Source of the DNA: Ruditapes philippinarum
Lineage: Eukaryota
Assembly: GCF_026571515.1 (NCBI RefSeq)
Contig: NW_026855476.1
Span: forward strand, 310,001 to 374,000
Direction of reading: 5' to 3'
DNA: 64,000 nt
Position numbers and translations under genes: made by a program
The notes under the pieces: generated by a model
Told to the model about the DNA's origin: nothing
Databases searched by the model: none
What the model saw: the letters and a program-made list of their open reading frames with translations, nothing else
Part shown: one piece after another, positions 25,479 to 40,325 of the stretch
Numbering within the stretch: the first letter of the stretch is position 1
How the letters are laid out: each line of letters starts with the position of its first letter

Positions 25479-28400
25479 TTTGTATTTTTACCATTTATAT
25501 GTATATAGTTCTGTTGTAGGTAACATGTATATCTGTGTACACTATAACAGGTCAGGTTAAACATTTGTTGAGATGTAATCTTCTCCAAAGAAAGACTTGA
25601 TAAGACTCATACAGCTGCATATGTTTTATGATTTATTTTCATTGGAAGAAAATAAAAATGTACAGTTGCATATTTACATTGATATGATATGTTGAATTTT
25701 GTGTCATTACTAAAAAAATCAGTGTGTTATGATGGTAATTTTGTGTCATTATTAAAGAAATCATGTTAAAACAAAGAATATTCATATTATGATCATGTTG
25801 TATTTTCTTTGTCACCATTTTTTGTTTTGATGTCATGGTGTATTTAGATTAATATAGAAAATAAACTGACCCTCAGGCAATTTTGTTTTCAATTGTTATT
25901 TTTCTAGTATTATTTTTTATTGAATTCTTTAACTGACTTGTGGACAGTGTTTTTCTGTTCACATTGTTGCAATTTTTTTGTGTTGTTAGTATTTAAAAAA
26001 AGAGATTTTGATAATGAATTGAAATGGCAAGTGTTTTACATTCCCTGTGTACAACAGAAATTTATAACTTTAATATTAAGTCAGAAGGAAATGGTAATTT
26101 TGGTTGTTTTTTTATATTTTTTTTTATTTCAAGGGACTCCACTGAGGTTTCTTGACATGATGGGACTGGAAATTATTTATCAAGATTTTCACTCACTCCC
26201 ACTTTTTCAGAATAATTATTCTTATTGTGAAAAATGATGCAATGATTTTCACTCAAATCAGACTAAGAACAACAACAAAAATGATTTTCGTGTATGTCTT
26301 AATTATTTTTTGCATATCTTTCTGTTTTTAGTGTCCCAGCTGATCTATGTAAGGAATTAAAATTTTATTTTTTAGGCTTTTAGACCTCAGTGGAGTAACT
26401 TTAAGAACCAACACTGGACACAAATATTTGACAAGTTTTTTATCATATTGAGAGTGATGAGTGTGATAAGTTTTTACAAATTAATGCTATATTTTCCTCC
26501 TTTAGAAATGTGCCATTTGCATAACATGCAGTAATTGTGTTCTCTCTCAGTTGCCATGTAATGTAATGAATCTAGTCGTCTACAAGATTTTATGTGCAAG
26601 TGATTTGCCCTCAGAGTTTTGATGTGCTGAGATATTGTTATTATATATTTTTTCATCACCTTAGCCCCAGCAATGGATTACACCAAATTATCTGGAAATT
26701 TTTGGCTGTTGCCTTAGATTTTATAGTAGGTTTGGTAATACTTTAACATATTGTGTTGGGAACTTTATAAGTAGAAGATATCATTTTTACCACATTGTCC
26801 GTCATTACAGGCTCATACAATTTCACCTCAGGGTTTATCTTCAAAGCAGCAATTATCAGTAATTTGTTCATAATTTGTCTATAAAGATGCTGAAAACTTT
26901 AAATGTTTTCCTTTATTGATGGCATAGACTTGTTAAAATTCACAATTCCTTTTGCCAAACTTAAGTTAAGAAGTAAAATGTCAGAAAATTAAAGTTTGAA
27001 GTTTGCATCATTTAAAATTGTGCATACCCATACACATTTTTTTAAATTCTTGTTTGTGTTTAAACTAACATGGTCTATAAAGTGCAGAGACTTTATATCT
27101 TGTAAATGCAATCATTCTAAAATTGACAAATAATATATTGATTTATTCGAAAAGGACAGCATTGAAGTTTAGATGATTAACTTAAAACATTTTCAGTACA
27201 CTCTCCGGACATATATTATTTTTACACAAATGCTTCAAATAATGATATTTTATCCAACTGAAAGTAAGGTTAAAATGCATTGATGTTATGTCTTTGAAAT
27301 TTTTAATTTTATATCTTAAAGGCATCATTTGAGAATACTAATAAACTTCATAACAAAAGCACAAGTCTTATGACCACTTTCACGGTGTCAAATACCCTGA
27401 ATATCATAGTTTTGTTTTAATAAGGTAATAAACATAGCAATCTTCAATATGACTTGTAAGTCATGAAAATATATTTCTGAACAAAATGATATAAAATGAA
27501 ACTATTTGTTGGCCTATTTTATCTCATACACAAGCATTTTTTTATGAAAATTTAGCAAGTTTTTCCCCTCCACTTTCATGACTTTAAAATAAAGCAGGAG
27601 ATTGTAACTGTCACAAAAAACTAATGGATTTTTTATTTATTTGATCTATAGTTTTCAAAGTGATAGTTTTAAATTAATTTAGTTTCATACAGTTGCTAAA
27701 TGTCATTTAAGTGATAATTAAAAGTGTCTTTTTATTTACAGATGCAAGCAATAATTTACAGAACTTAAAAAGTTTAGTTAGAAGTTTAAAAAGTGAATAT
27801 TTTCTGCTGTATGATTTTAGTCATTAAACACTAACATTACCCTTTAATGACCGTACAGATATGGAATTAACATAACATATATTTCTAGTTATAAGGTAGA
27901 AGGAAAAAAAACAACACCTATGTTAAATTTGTTTTTGTGTGTTCTCTCATGTTTAGTTCTTTGAGTTATTCTGTTGTGTAAGTTTTCCTGGTCTTTAGTT
28001 AACAAGTTATGTAAGTTAAAAATATGATTTTAATTGAACTCTTTATTGGGTTAACGATTTTTTTTACACATTTAAGATTTTCAATTCATATTTGTTTTAA
28101 TGTGACAAAATAAGACCTTACCTTATTCACGTTTGTTTAGCCAGTTGTGAGACTTCAGGACAAGCTTTATTTGTGATTTCATTTGTTCAAGTTAAATGTT
28201 ATACATATGTATGCATCCTTCAGACTGTGACTGACATAATGGAACAAGATTCACCATTCAATGGTGCTTGATTTGGTCAGAATTTGGTGCAGTTTTTACT
28301 TTTTAACTAACAAGCTCATGCATGGAATATTTTCCATGTACTATGGCACCACCAGCAATATTGCAACAATGTAAAAACCAGGCTCATATTTGAATTACCC

Positions 28401-31400
28401 TTAATCTAGCATGAAAAATTGGTGTGGTTTGGCTTGTCCGGGCTGTAATTTGTTCATGCATTGCTTAATTCTGTTACAACTTGAAACAAACTCAGTGAGA
28501 CAGTAGCATAGGTCAAGGTTTTATTTAGAGGTCAAGAGTAATAGCTTGAGTTTGGGCAGTAGATGTTAAGACATTCTAGAAGAATGGACATCTAGTTTGC
28601 AACATGCATTTATCATTCCATCCACTAGACAGTTTAACATGTCCTTGGGCAACAAATTAAAAAAACTATGAATTAATTCTTCCTTAAAACACGTCAAATG
28701 GTATATGTCAATTCTGTTGGCAGTTTCTGTTTTATATTGTGATGCCAGTTTGTGTTTAAAATATAGTATTGAAGTCTTCCTGCACCAGTTATGCTATGTC
28801 CTTAGATACTGTGACTTGAAAGTTCAAAACGATATTTTGATAACACTTGTTTTCCCTTAGATATCAGACATATGTAATATAATGTCAAAGAGGTGGATTC
28901 TGGTATATAGTTGACCACTTCAATTTATTGATACAGATTTTTACTAAAAGTATATCATTAATATTTATAACGTTGTATGTGTCCTTCACTTTTGTTTTTA
29001 TAATAAAAGAGATATGCTCAGTAAACAGGTATAATCACAATTCTACAGCAGAATTAAAAGTGCAATAATAATTCATTAAAGTGTTAAAACAATAACATTT
29101 TTCTGGACCCATGCCCTTACTTTATGAATTTTTATGATTTTTTTTATTTGAAATAACAGAAAAAAATAAGAGATTTTTGTTACGTTGGTAAGTTTTATAT
29201 AAACAATTTTGATTGTCTTTGTTGAAGTTATTATCTCCAGGGGGGCACATCTTTTGTTGTTGTGTAATCTTTTTCAGAATGTAAATTTTTTCCTGAATGA
29301 ATCGAGGTGGATTTTTATATTTTACATTTTTAAAAGAGTGACAGACTTCATTTCATTGAGAAGGTTTGTATATCTAATGACATTTTGAAAGCAACCAGAA
29401 GAATATTACCAACCTCATGCAAGTATAATTTTCATTATTTTCTTTTTTATCTAGATATAATTTTATTATATTAAGGTTTATTGAGGTCATATCTGACATC
29501 ATATAATGTGTCAACATTCCCATTTTTACACCTTTTATAATATATTTATACTGTGAGCTTAGTCTATGTTAAAGCTTATGATTAAAATATAGATATTTTT
29601 AATAATTTCAATAGAAAGTATAGTTTTTTTAGTAATTTTTTTCTCAAATCCAGATTAGGTAAGCAGTTTATAAGAACTAAATTTGATTTTAAGGTGATAT
29701 GTATAATATATATCCGAACAGCTGTCTAGAAGTTAACTCTAAAATTGTGTATAACAGTTGTTTCTTATCACAAATCTGAAGTTATTTTTTATTTTAATCG
29801 TAAAGTTATGGAAGCCAATATTTTTTTTCGTCCAAAAATGTTGAAAGCATTGATTTTGTTCAACAAATTTTGAGGATATGAAAACCAATGTTTATCTAAA
29901 TGACAAGTCGTCAAAAATTTACAATTTTGGTTAATAAAAATTTTGCTCTTGTAATAAAAAAGTACAAATTTAGGGTGATTTTATGAAATTTACGAAGAGC
30001 TATGCTATTCACAACATTGACGTTCATAACTAGATATATCGTTTTTTGTGGTCAAATGGTTCGTATTCTTATTTTATTAAATCCTTCATGGATTTACTGC
30101 AACCTTTAAATAGTTGCCCCGTATTATCACATGACAAGGGCCATAATTTTAGTACATATATGTTAAAACTTAGATTTTTTATATGAAAATTCTTGATGTT
30201 GACTGTCATTGATTTTTGAAACGGCATCACACGAGCATCATGTGACAAGGCTGATAACTCTAAGCACTCCTGCTAAAAATCTGAATTTTCTGTAAATATT
30301 TTCCTCTCATCTCTATGACTGATATTTCCTTGAAGCTTAAATTGTTACTTATTAGTAACCGTATTGCATATAGTAACATTTCAAGGATTAACTCCCCTTT
30401 GCATTTAGAAGATGTGCACAAATGATTGTTCCCCCTTTACAATATAATTTTTATTTGGTTTTAAGTACATGTAGTTATTGTTTACTATAGAAATGTGAAC
30501 CATTTATTCGTTCGACGCTGCTACTTTTCATCACTGTAAATGTCTATAGGTTGACTTCAGATTACCTCCCTTTTAAAAGGCTTTATAAAGGCATAATAAT
30601 TGTTTTGAAATAGGAAAAGAAATAGGAATAACAAGAAAAATGCTCTTCATAAGAGCGAGTATTTGACATTAAAGAAATTTACTCTTGACAACATGGCTCT
30701 ATACCGGCTACTTTTGTTGTATATTTAAAGCTCGTGCATTTATGCAGTAACTGATCTGGTTACTACATATATTCTCGAAGTAATGAGAAACTTAAATTCA
30801 ATGCGTATTAAAATTCTTAGTTAGGTAAAATGCTAAATACTGTTTACAAGATAGCTTTATATGAAAGCTGGTTTTGAAGTTTAGTGAAAAATCCTATGCT
30901 ATATTTCTTTTTGTGTTTATTTTTGAAAGGAACGCATCATTCTATATACCTTAAAATTGCATAATTATAATGCCCTTCGCGGTCATTGCTCGCAATCTAA
31001 ATTTGTTTTTGTTTGTTTTAAATAACAGGTAAAGTCTCATCACAAGTTTCATTTATCATTAATTTTTTGCATCATTTCACCGTCACACTTGTTTCGGCCT
31101 TGCTTTATTGGCAAGTCGCAACTATTGTTGAGTTTAAAATGAAAAACAAATAAATGATTGAATATGAAAACAAACGTTTGTCTTCCCTTGTATTTACAGT
31201 AGCAAACTGGTGGAATAGATTGTTTACGTTTTTCATGATTTGAAATTTGTTGTCGTCCAAGCGACAAATACTCGTTTACCACACAAAAGCGCACTAAGAT
31301 GTAATACTGTACTAACTTTCATCGGACAAGAATAGATACCGTAGACGAGGGCCTCTTGTGTCGTGTTTTCTAGTTGTTGGCATGAAATCGCTTGTCCCTG

Positions 31401-33570
31401 GACGCTTTGGTTTTGGATTCTAGTAAGCCAACCGGCTAGGTAATGGGACGTTGGTAGTTCTAATCAGGTTTTACCCGCTTTAAATCAGCGCTGTACATAA
31501 GATTAAAATAATAATTTCAACTAGTAACTGGATTTTAGTGCCGTCCCTACTCTATACTTAAACTTGCTGACCATTGCTCCGGGTCTGCTGATATTTATTT
31601 AACACTAGATCACGCCTAAACATTTCTATATGCACTGAACTTAAACGTCCACTGTAAATTTAAATAGTGTGTTATACCTTAGAGAAAAATTAACAAATAT
31701 TTATATATTGGCTACCAAGGGAAAATTTCATTAATTTGCATTATCACGACACCCTCGACACTAAATACCGGTATCACACAATGCGTTTCACCAATTCCAA
31801 AGTTTATAAGACTTTCCTATATACCGTTGTCCAGGTGACCAATGAGATATACTTTGATGATAATTGGCTCAGAAATAACTTGCATGCCATGACTCAAACC
31901 ATGTTTATGATAAACTAATGAGTTTAATGAATTGTGTGGCTTGTACCATATCAACCATGGTTGTTGTTTCGATAAATATTGTTGGACATTTGCTTAAAGG
32001 TACCACAATAATGACTCCAAATAAGTTTGGTTCGATGTAAATATATTCATTTTCATATTTTACCAAAATAAAATACTTGCCGAAAATGATTGTATATCGG
32101 AATCACTATTTTATATCAATAAGAAATGATGAACAAATTGATCAAATATCCGACTTTGGTCACACTTTCAATCAAATCGTAACTCGTGCAATGATAAATC
32201 GAACCTAGTAAACTCCAATACAAAGATGCGCATTGACGTCTATCTGTTGTCCATAGTAGTATTACTATATAACTATGTTTCTGATAAATGATGACATTAA
32301 AATCGTGTAATCTAATGTATATAATCTGTTTTTCTAGGATATGCTTGAACAAATAATGTTCTGTATATTATTCCTCTATATATTCTGTATAATTATGACA
32401 TATGTATACAGTATAATATAGAACGTTTTAGAGTCGATAGAAAATAATGAATCCATCCAGCTGTTGTTTATACAATAGTATTTACTATACACATATATAT
32501 TACAAAACAATGAAAATAATGATGTTTGTACAGTTGGAACATACGATTCAATCAATCATTTAGTCAATTAGTCATTGAAACATGATATGGTCAGTAAGAA
32601 ATATGGATTTATGGTCACACATGTTTATGAAGGTGCTAATCTGATTTTCAAAACTTCACCTTCAGTATAATACACAAACTACTACTGGAAAAAAAAGTGA
32701 AATTTGTTCACTGACAAAACAGTTGACAGAGATACGGATCGATCTCTCTTTGGGCCTGTCACTCCCTTTGTACTAGTCTACAATATGATGTCTTTAAGAT
32801 ACCCATTTGCACCTGGTTGAAGCGTCTTTGATACATGTAGGACTCGAACCCACAAATGCGGGAGCGGTTGATCTACGACTAGTCTACCGCCAAAACACAA
32901 CCATGCTATGATCTATGCTAAATTATGTAAGTGTCGTGATAGTGCAGTATAATCCTTGCAGTATAATACGGTTTCTAGTGGTAGTTAGGGGGTCTACCCC
33001 TCAATCCAGGGATCATGGGTTCGAGTTCTCCAGGTGCCAGTAGCCACGGCGATGCCGTAACTCGCTATGATACCGGTTTTATAGACTAGGCGTTTGGTTA
33101 AGAACTAGTGCATTAATCTTGATTTTAGTTTAAATTGAGCTAATTTCCATATTGAACAATTACATGATGATAACGCTCAGTGCCATTCTAAATATTTGCA
33201 TTTCATACTTTTTAAGAACGTTTTTCAGATTATAATGTTTACAAAACTGATTGACGACCAATTTTAGCGTGATTATTTCATGTGACAAGATATCGCCAGG
33301 TACCATGAGTATTTTATTTTACAATGATAAATCCCTTTCAGAATTTTGTATTTAATTAAGATTATTTAGAATAGTTTAGAATGATGTACACTTGACATTG
33401 GCGTACACATGAATTCAAAATGCCTATTATAAGAATAATTCACAGTTCTACGATTATTAATATTAGCATTGTTTTTAAGCTGATGGGCGGAATGAGCATA
33501 TTTTTAATAAGATTATATAACCGCATTATATAATGCTCCAAAATGTTGATATCAGTTGGTTAAGGTTACA

Positions 33571-34614
33571 TTTTTAGCTCGAATATACGAAGTATATGGA
33601 GAGCTGTCCTACTCGCCCCGGCGTCCGCGTCCGCGTCCAGATTTCAGATTAAAGTTTTGGTGCAGTAAAATATTTTTCACTATAACTTTGTCATTTCTTA
33701 AAGTATCAACTTCAAATATATGTTCCTTATCATCAACCACATCTTATGTGACAAGGTTCATAACTCTAGCACCAATATATTCAGATTTATCTCCCCTTGA
33801 ACTGTGAATTTTTTCTTAAAAAATACTTTTTTTACTGTTATTTCTTTATTTCTTAAGGGATCAACCTCATACTTCAAATATATGTACCTTATTATCATCC
33901 CCATCTTATGTGACAAGGTCCATACTTCTAGCACAAATATTTTCAGATTTATCTCCCCTTGAACTTAGAATTTCCCTTAAAATATATTATTTTTTACTGT
34001 TACTTATTTATTTCTAAAGGGATCAACTTTATTCCTCAAATATATGTAACTTATCATCTTATCATCATCCACATCTTATGTGACAAGGTTCATAACTCTA
34101 GCACTTATATTGCAAGAATTATCTCCCCATAACTCCCAATAAACTTAGATATTTTTACCAGAAAAATGTTTTTTTTTTTTTTACTTTAACTTTTTTAGTT
34201 TTAAAGGTGTTTACCTCAAACTTCAAATACTAATTCCTTATCATCAATTACATTTTATGTGACAATGTTCATAACTCTTGAAGCAATATTTACAGATTTA
34301 TCTCTCTTTGAACTTAGGATTTTATTTAAGAAATATTAAAACTTCTTTACTTTTTAAGGTATCTACTTCAAACTTCAAATATATATTTCTTATCATTACA
34401 CAAATGTTGTGTGAAAAGGTTCATAACTCTAGCATGACTATTTCTAGAATTATTCCCCTTTATCATTTTTTAATATATGTTAACAAATGATATTTTTTAC
34501 TATAACTTAATACATAATTATACATAATTGGTTTTTCTGTCTTAGTTTTGTCTTCCTTACTGCGTCCAGTATTTTATTAGTCGAGTTTGGCTGTCTCCTG
34601 TGACAGCTCTTGTT
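33571..34614 (+). mobile_element. Full-length Helentron-associated (HINE/pearl-like) element
   Basis: 5' TTTTTAGCTCGA with subterminal inverted TCGAGT near the 3' end, (CGTCCG)n microsatellite, about 5 internal tandem repeats (tgtgacaaggttcataactctagc), 3' hairpin GCTGTC...GACAGC and CTTGTT. Confidence 0.85.
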
Positions 34615-35688
34615 ATGACTTTCCTTCTGAAATAATCCGGAAAAACACTTTACTTTGAACCGTTATGACCGACACTTGCATTAGGTTTAAAAATACCATA
34701 CCAAATACCATTGCTATGTATATGTTTTTATCATAATATTGTATAACGGTTCAGGTTAATATTCAATTAAGATTAGGCGAGTTAAATGAGAATATATCAA
34801 TCAGCGAGAAATAGGCCGGTCAATGATTAAAGAGTTTGTAACCTTATATTTGGATTGAATTGAAAATATGTCGCCTCGACCAACAATAGGTGATCGTATT
34901 GTCACAACTTGTATAAAAGTACAATATAATTTCTCCAATACTTTGGGTAAATAAGAAGTGTAAATATTTGAGTTTTGGAAATGCATTGAGCCATGAAAAT
35001 GTATACTGCCTACCAAAATTTACGTTTCACTCCCAGATATAAGTTTTAAAAAATCTTGTTTATTTTCAAAACTTTTATTTTACACTGATTTGCCATTTTG
35101 CCAGCAAATAGATGTTTCGTAAAGCAGTAAATTCTGCGAATTTTAAAGAAAGCATCATTATTCTGATTTTTTTCCTTTCCAAAGAAGCTTTTTTACAACC
35201 AAAATTATAAAGTTTGCTCGAAACAAAACGTAATCATTTTTGGGGGGTCAGTGACAGGTGATGCACAAGTTGGCCCGAATTTTAGATAAACAACCTTTAA
35301 AACCCGTAGGCACAGATTTTCCCTTTTTTTTATCAAGAACCAATCACTGTCTTAAAAAATTTATTTTAAGTAATGTAAATCAAGTTTACAAATTTTAAAC
35401 CCCAATGGTTTTAAAAATTAAAATGAAATGAAATAATATGATAAATTGATGATGATGATGATGATGATGACGACGGCGCCTATGGCGAAGACGAAAATGA
35501 CTAAAACAATGATAATAAGTTAATAACGACGATATAAATAAAAGAAAACAGTAACAATAAACATACAAAAGTTATATAACTGTGAGATAATTATTTCACG
35601 ATAATGCTATTTGACGTTTACAAAGTTTTTATATAGCAGTATAGTTGGCGAAGGCCATCTGTAACTCTGTCAACGTGGATAGTCCTAT

Positions 35689-35695
35689 TATAAAA
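35689..35695 (+). promoter_or_regulatory. TATA box candidate for FABP-like gene A
   Basis: TATAAAA 50 nt upstream of the ATG at 35739, which lies in a good context (AAAATGG). Confidence 0.45.
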
Positions 35696-35738
35696 TTGAT
35701 ATTTCATTATTTACTGGTTTGCTAGTGAATAAGCCAAA

Positions 35739-38136
35739 ATGGCGAATGATATGAAAAAATTTCAAGAGATTTTTGAAGGGGAATGGAAATGGGATAGGGA
35801 CGAAAATCTCGTAGAAGCAATGAAAAAAATGGGTAAAAGTTTATTTGTCTGTATTTGAAATCAGATATGGATCATTTATAACATTTTAAAAGTTTTGCAG
35901 CGTTATCTTGACATCATTAATTGATGTACTTGTAGCTAGAATATAGTTTTTTATTATTTTAAGCTGAGGATTATATCAATGTTAAGAAAATAACAATCTT
36001 ATATGTAATGATAATGATTTGTGTCGTATTCATTTAAATTTATATTGTCTACATACAAATCTGCTACCCGTAATCTACAATAAAAGAAATTGTGCCTATT
36101 GTAGAAGTCGATGTAATAGACCTTTGACTGGATATTGCACTGATTGAATGGTTGTTTTGCCATATATAATCCTCGCCTATAGTAGATCGGGTTATATAAA
36201 CTTGAATCCGTTTTAATTTGCTCATATGCTCATTATTAAAACTTAAAATACACAATATGTCACAAGTTAGAAACTCTATGTTATTCTGACTTCAATTGTT
36301 ACATGGGTAAAGATTTAGCAATTTTGTTGTTTAACAGGAAATCCGGAGAAAGAAATCGAGATGTTTGCTGGGTGCAAGCCAACCATAACATTCAAACTTG
36401 AAGGCGACTACGCATTCATGAACTATGAAATGGTCCCAGGTATGGGACACAAGTGTACATTCAAGTTTAATGAAGAGTTTGATTCCAAGGACGAACTCTC
36501 GGGGGATAATCCTACATTCCATAATAAGGTAATAGTTCACTCTAAATTATCATCAAGAATATAATAGAGTTGACAATTGATTGGATAATTAGATGAAACA
36601 TAAACATGTATACTATTAGTTGGTTATATGACCTACCTTAAACGATTGTTTTTGTTTATTATTGATTAGCTGATAGTTTTATAAACATGAAACAGTCTAA
36701 CAGGATGCAAGTACAGTACATCCTCTGCATAGCAACATCCTGTGTGAGACAAAGATATTGGTGGTTGTTGCGTTGAAGATTAATGTTGATTTATTGTGAA
36801 AACCTTTGGGAAGACATACTGTTGCTCTATATTAAGACCGCTATATCGATGTTGCACCGTGTACTTGTATATATGTTTTGTTTCTGTTATGTTATTTATT
36901 TATTTGTTTTTATCTCATGTTTGATATGACTATTCTCTGCATATGTTTTCTCTTTATTTCTTTTTCTTTGTTAGTACAATCATGTTAATGACTGAAATAT
37001 CAAAAATAATTTTGTTGTTTGGAACGTTGAGTGCATTTACACATGTGTTTTGTACTAGTAAGAGTAAGAGTTTACACTGTGGAAATATCTGTTGTTACCT
37101 CCCTTTATCTCAGGAAACAGCAACCTTGACAGAAGATGGAGTTATGGTGTGGGTCACTAAAAACCAGCTCACTGGTCCAGGAAAGATTGATACGTATTCT
37201 GAATGGTTTGTGAAGGACGGAGAACTTCACACTGTATGTATCAAAGTGAATTATAACCTTTCGTACAGTATACGGATAGTCATTTTCAAAATAATATAAT
37301 ATCATACTACATGTATTTTGAAAAGGACTATCCATATATATGCAAATTACGTCAACTACAGATGTAGAACAAATAATTCTTATATCACGATGGGTAAAGA
37401 TTTCACCAGAGCTCGTTTGACATAGGCATAATTCACACAAGCGCAATGTATACATATATATGTTTGGTAAATGTTCAGATTATTTGTCTAAATGAAACGT
37501 GTTATCCTAATTACTATCCCTAATAAATTTTATAAAGAATGAAAATGATACTGGTAAGGTTATGTAACTGATCAAGGTTTGTTTTAACGATATTGTTGTC
37601 TATCAACAGAAAATAGAGTGTTACAACCGACGTGCCAATGATTTAAAGTGACATTATGCCCATCCAATGGTATAATATAGTGAGTGAACGGGTGAAGATC
37701 AAAATAAGTTTTCATTTTCCATAATGCCTTTTAATTTAAAATTTAAGTTCACATATACAGTAAATAACGCACAGATCCTAACGAAATTTCTGAAAATATC
37801 CATTAGAATTTACCTATAAGCTTAGTTTATAAAAAGAGTGGGGCAGTCTTTTTAAATTTTAGGCAGATTTATAATCCTAAACATTTTCCAATATCAACTG
37901 TTGGTCAAACACCATTTTGACAGTCAATCTTTTAAAATATAAAGTCAAATTAGCTCAACTTGACTTTGAAAATATTAGCGTAATGTCACTTTAATATAAT
38001 AGATCTAGATATAGATTGATCAAGATTTTTTTAAATGTATTAAATTGGGTGATTACATTATATGTTACAGCCATCAAGTCCACTAGATGACCGAAGCTAC
38101 AAATGTAACAGGATCTTCAAGAAGGTACAGAAGTGA
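35739..38136 (+). CDS. Fatty-acid-binding protein / iLBP family, paralog A (156 aa)
   Basis: Exons 35739-35832, 36338-36528, 37114-37233, 38071-38136. FEGEWKWDRDENL (GxW motif), KPT, FKFNEEF, KDGEL, CNRIFKKV. The 3-intron phase 1/0/0 layout is typical of FABP genes. Confidence 0.88.
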
Positions 38137-40325
38137 AGATATGGAATATATACGAAAACAAAGAGAACTACGCAATAATCATGATAGTATATTGCGTGTG
38201 CACGTTCTAAAATTAAACTGTCAAAACTTGAAAAGTTACATTTCAATTATTAAATTTGAATTATTTTAAGTTTATATTTTCAAAACTTGGAGCGTACTTT
38301 AATTGTTTACATGTTTAAAAACAATGACCTTAGTTCAATGATTAAATATTTACATTTGAAAAAATAAAGTAAAGATTTGGTGAAGAAAGCATGACTTACA
38401 TGTTTAAAGCAGTAAAATTACTTAGACAAATTGAATGCTAACATGTTTGCTTCAAAATTTAAAAAAAAGGCCAGACTATGGAAGGTAAGAGTAGCATTGT
38501 AACCTGGTGTTTATAGCAAAATAAATATATTCATACACATGAAATAGCTCTACATTCTTTGTGTTGTTTTTTTTCATAACATTTATACTTGCTGAAAAAG
38601 TTTCTATTTTCTTTTTGCTTTTAATTTAATCATAACGCAATGGATGCATTGTTAATTAATTAACCATGGCACCTGTTGTTATATATCAACGCAATTTGAT
38701 TTACCCATGACACGGTTGATTACGTGTTACATGTTAATCAACCGTGGATTTCCCATGTTGGTGGTATATATGAGTGGCGACATGACCAAATTGTTAACGT
38801 GTCGGACTAGTTATCTATAGGATTGCTTGCCACAAGCTGTTGCTTCCGCTAGCAAGAAACAACACATTATACCAACACAGGCATATTTAACTAGAAACTG
38901 CTTTATAGATATGTAAGTGTTGTTCTTTTTCAACAAATAATCAAAATATTGTAAAACATTATTATTTGTTGACGTTCGGAACATAATTTGTAATATTAAG
39001 ACATAGCTATTTAGTAATTTTTTGTTCAACACTCAGCGCGCTTATCATTTTTCTTCATCTTAAAGTACTCAATTTCAATTACAAAAAGTCACCAATAATC
39101 TTAGAACAATGGCATGACATATGACTAGGTAATATGAATAACTCCACATCATCGACAACAGCTGTAGAATCTTCATTGACATTAAATATTTGTTTTATAT
39201 TTTATTTACACAGCTTTGTCATTGGAAAAAGTTCAAAACATTTGCACGTTTAAGAGTGTACTTCTTTCAACTTCATTACGTCAAGTTAACAATGCCAATT
39301 GTGTTTCTTCTTCCAATTTTACAGCCAACTCAGTAATCATTGATCGACTCGAAAACAACAACAACAACAACATTGGGAAAATTAATTCAAATACTTGTAG
39401 CATTAATTTAAGATATCATGTTAGAACTTTTTCTACGAAAATCATATAAGAATTTGTTAGGAATATCGGTCATTTAAATTATAAATGAGAAACCTGAATG
39501 TGAAAATTGTGGTAATTTTCGACAAGGTCGCTGAATTAAATGTACATAAGTCTTTTGTTATGTTTTATTTATATTTGATTTTTATTCTCGTGAATGTGTA
39601 ACAACTGAAATTATGTAACTTAATCTTACATTGCAGTTATTTCGATCATTCTATTTTCAAGAAATTAATATCTTCCTGATAACGAATATGCTTTCATTCT
39701 GTTATGAAAGCTGAACGTTAAGAAGACAACATTACCTCCGTTCATTGTAACACTGTTAAAGGTCGATGAGTTAGGGATATATATTAAACAAAACGAAATT
39801 TAGTTATGACTATCATTTATTCATTTTACTGTTTTCTACAATCACTGAGACAATCAACTGGAATATCAACAGTAACAGTTCTAGTTTAAACAATAACGTA
39901 TTTAGATTTATACACATCATCATTATATAAGTTACTGTCAAACATAACCTTACACCACAAAAACAGTGTTCTTCTGTCAGTTATGTCAGTTATGTCTGGA
40001 CATGCATCGTCAGTTTCATTCAAAATACTGACTGTTCCAAGTATGATAAAATATATTTTAGGAAAGATAAACAGACTCACAATGACCATCTTTAATCCAA
40101 TATAATTAAAGCATATATTACGCCTTTTTCTGTTTAATAAAAGCTTATAAAATCAGTGTTTTGGTGTGATGATTTCAGCAATTTAAACATTGAGTTGTCA
40201 CTGTATTTTTGAAAAAAAAAACAGCAATATTTGTCACCATTATGCCACTTTTATTTTATTTCTTGTCTAAGTGTTGTATCAGCATTTATCACGTCAGCAA
40301 TATTATTACGATGATTCACGTGGTG

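Noticed and set aside
35448-35482. Acidic (Asp-rich) coding exon
   Set aside because: It is a (GAT)n/(GAC)n microsatellite with no splice context.
22400-35600. Numerous 60-105 aa ORFs
   Set aside because: No recognisable motifs or coherent splice pattern, and composition reflects AT-rich non-coding DNA. A small hidden gene cannot be fully excluded.
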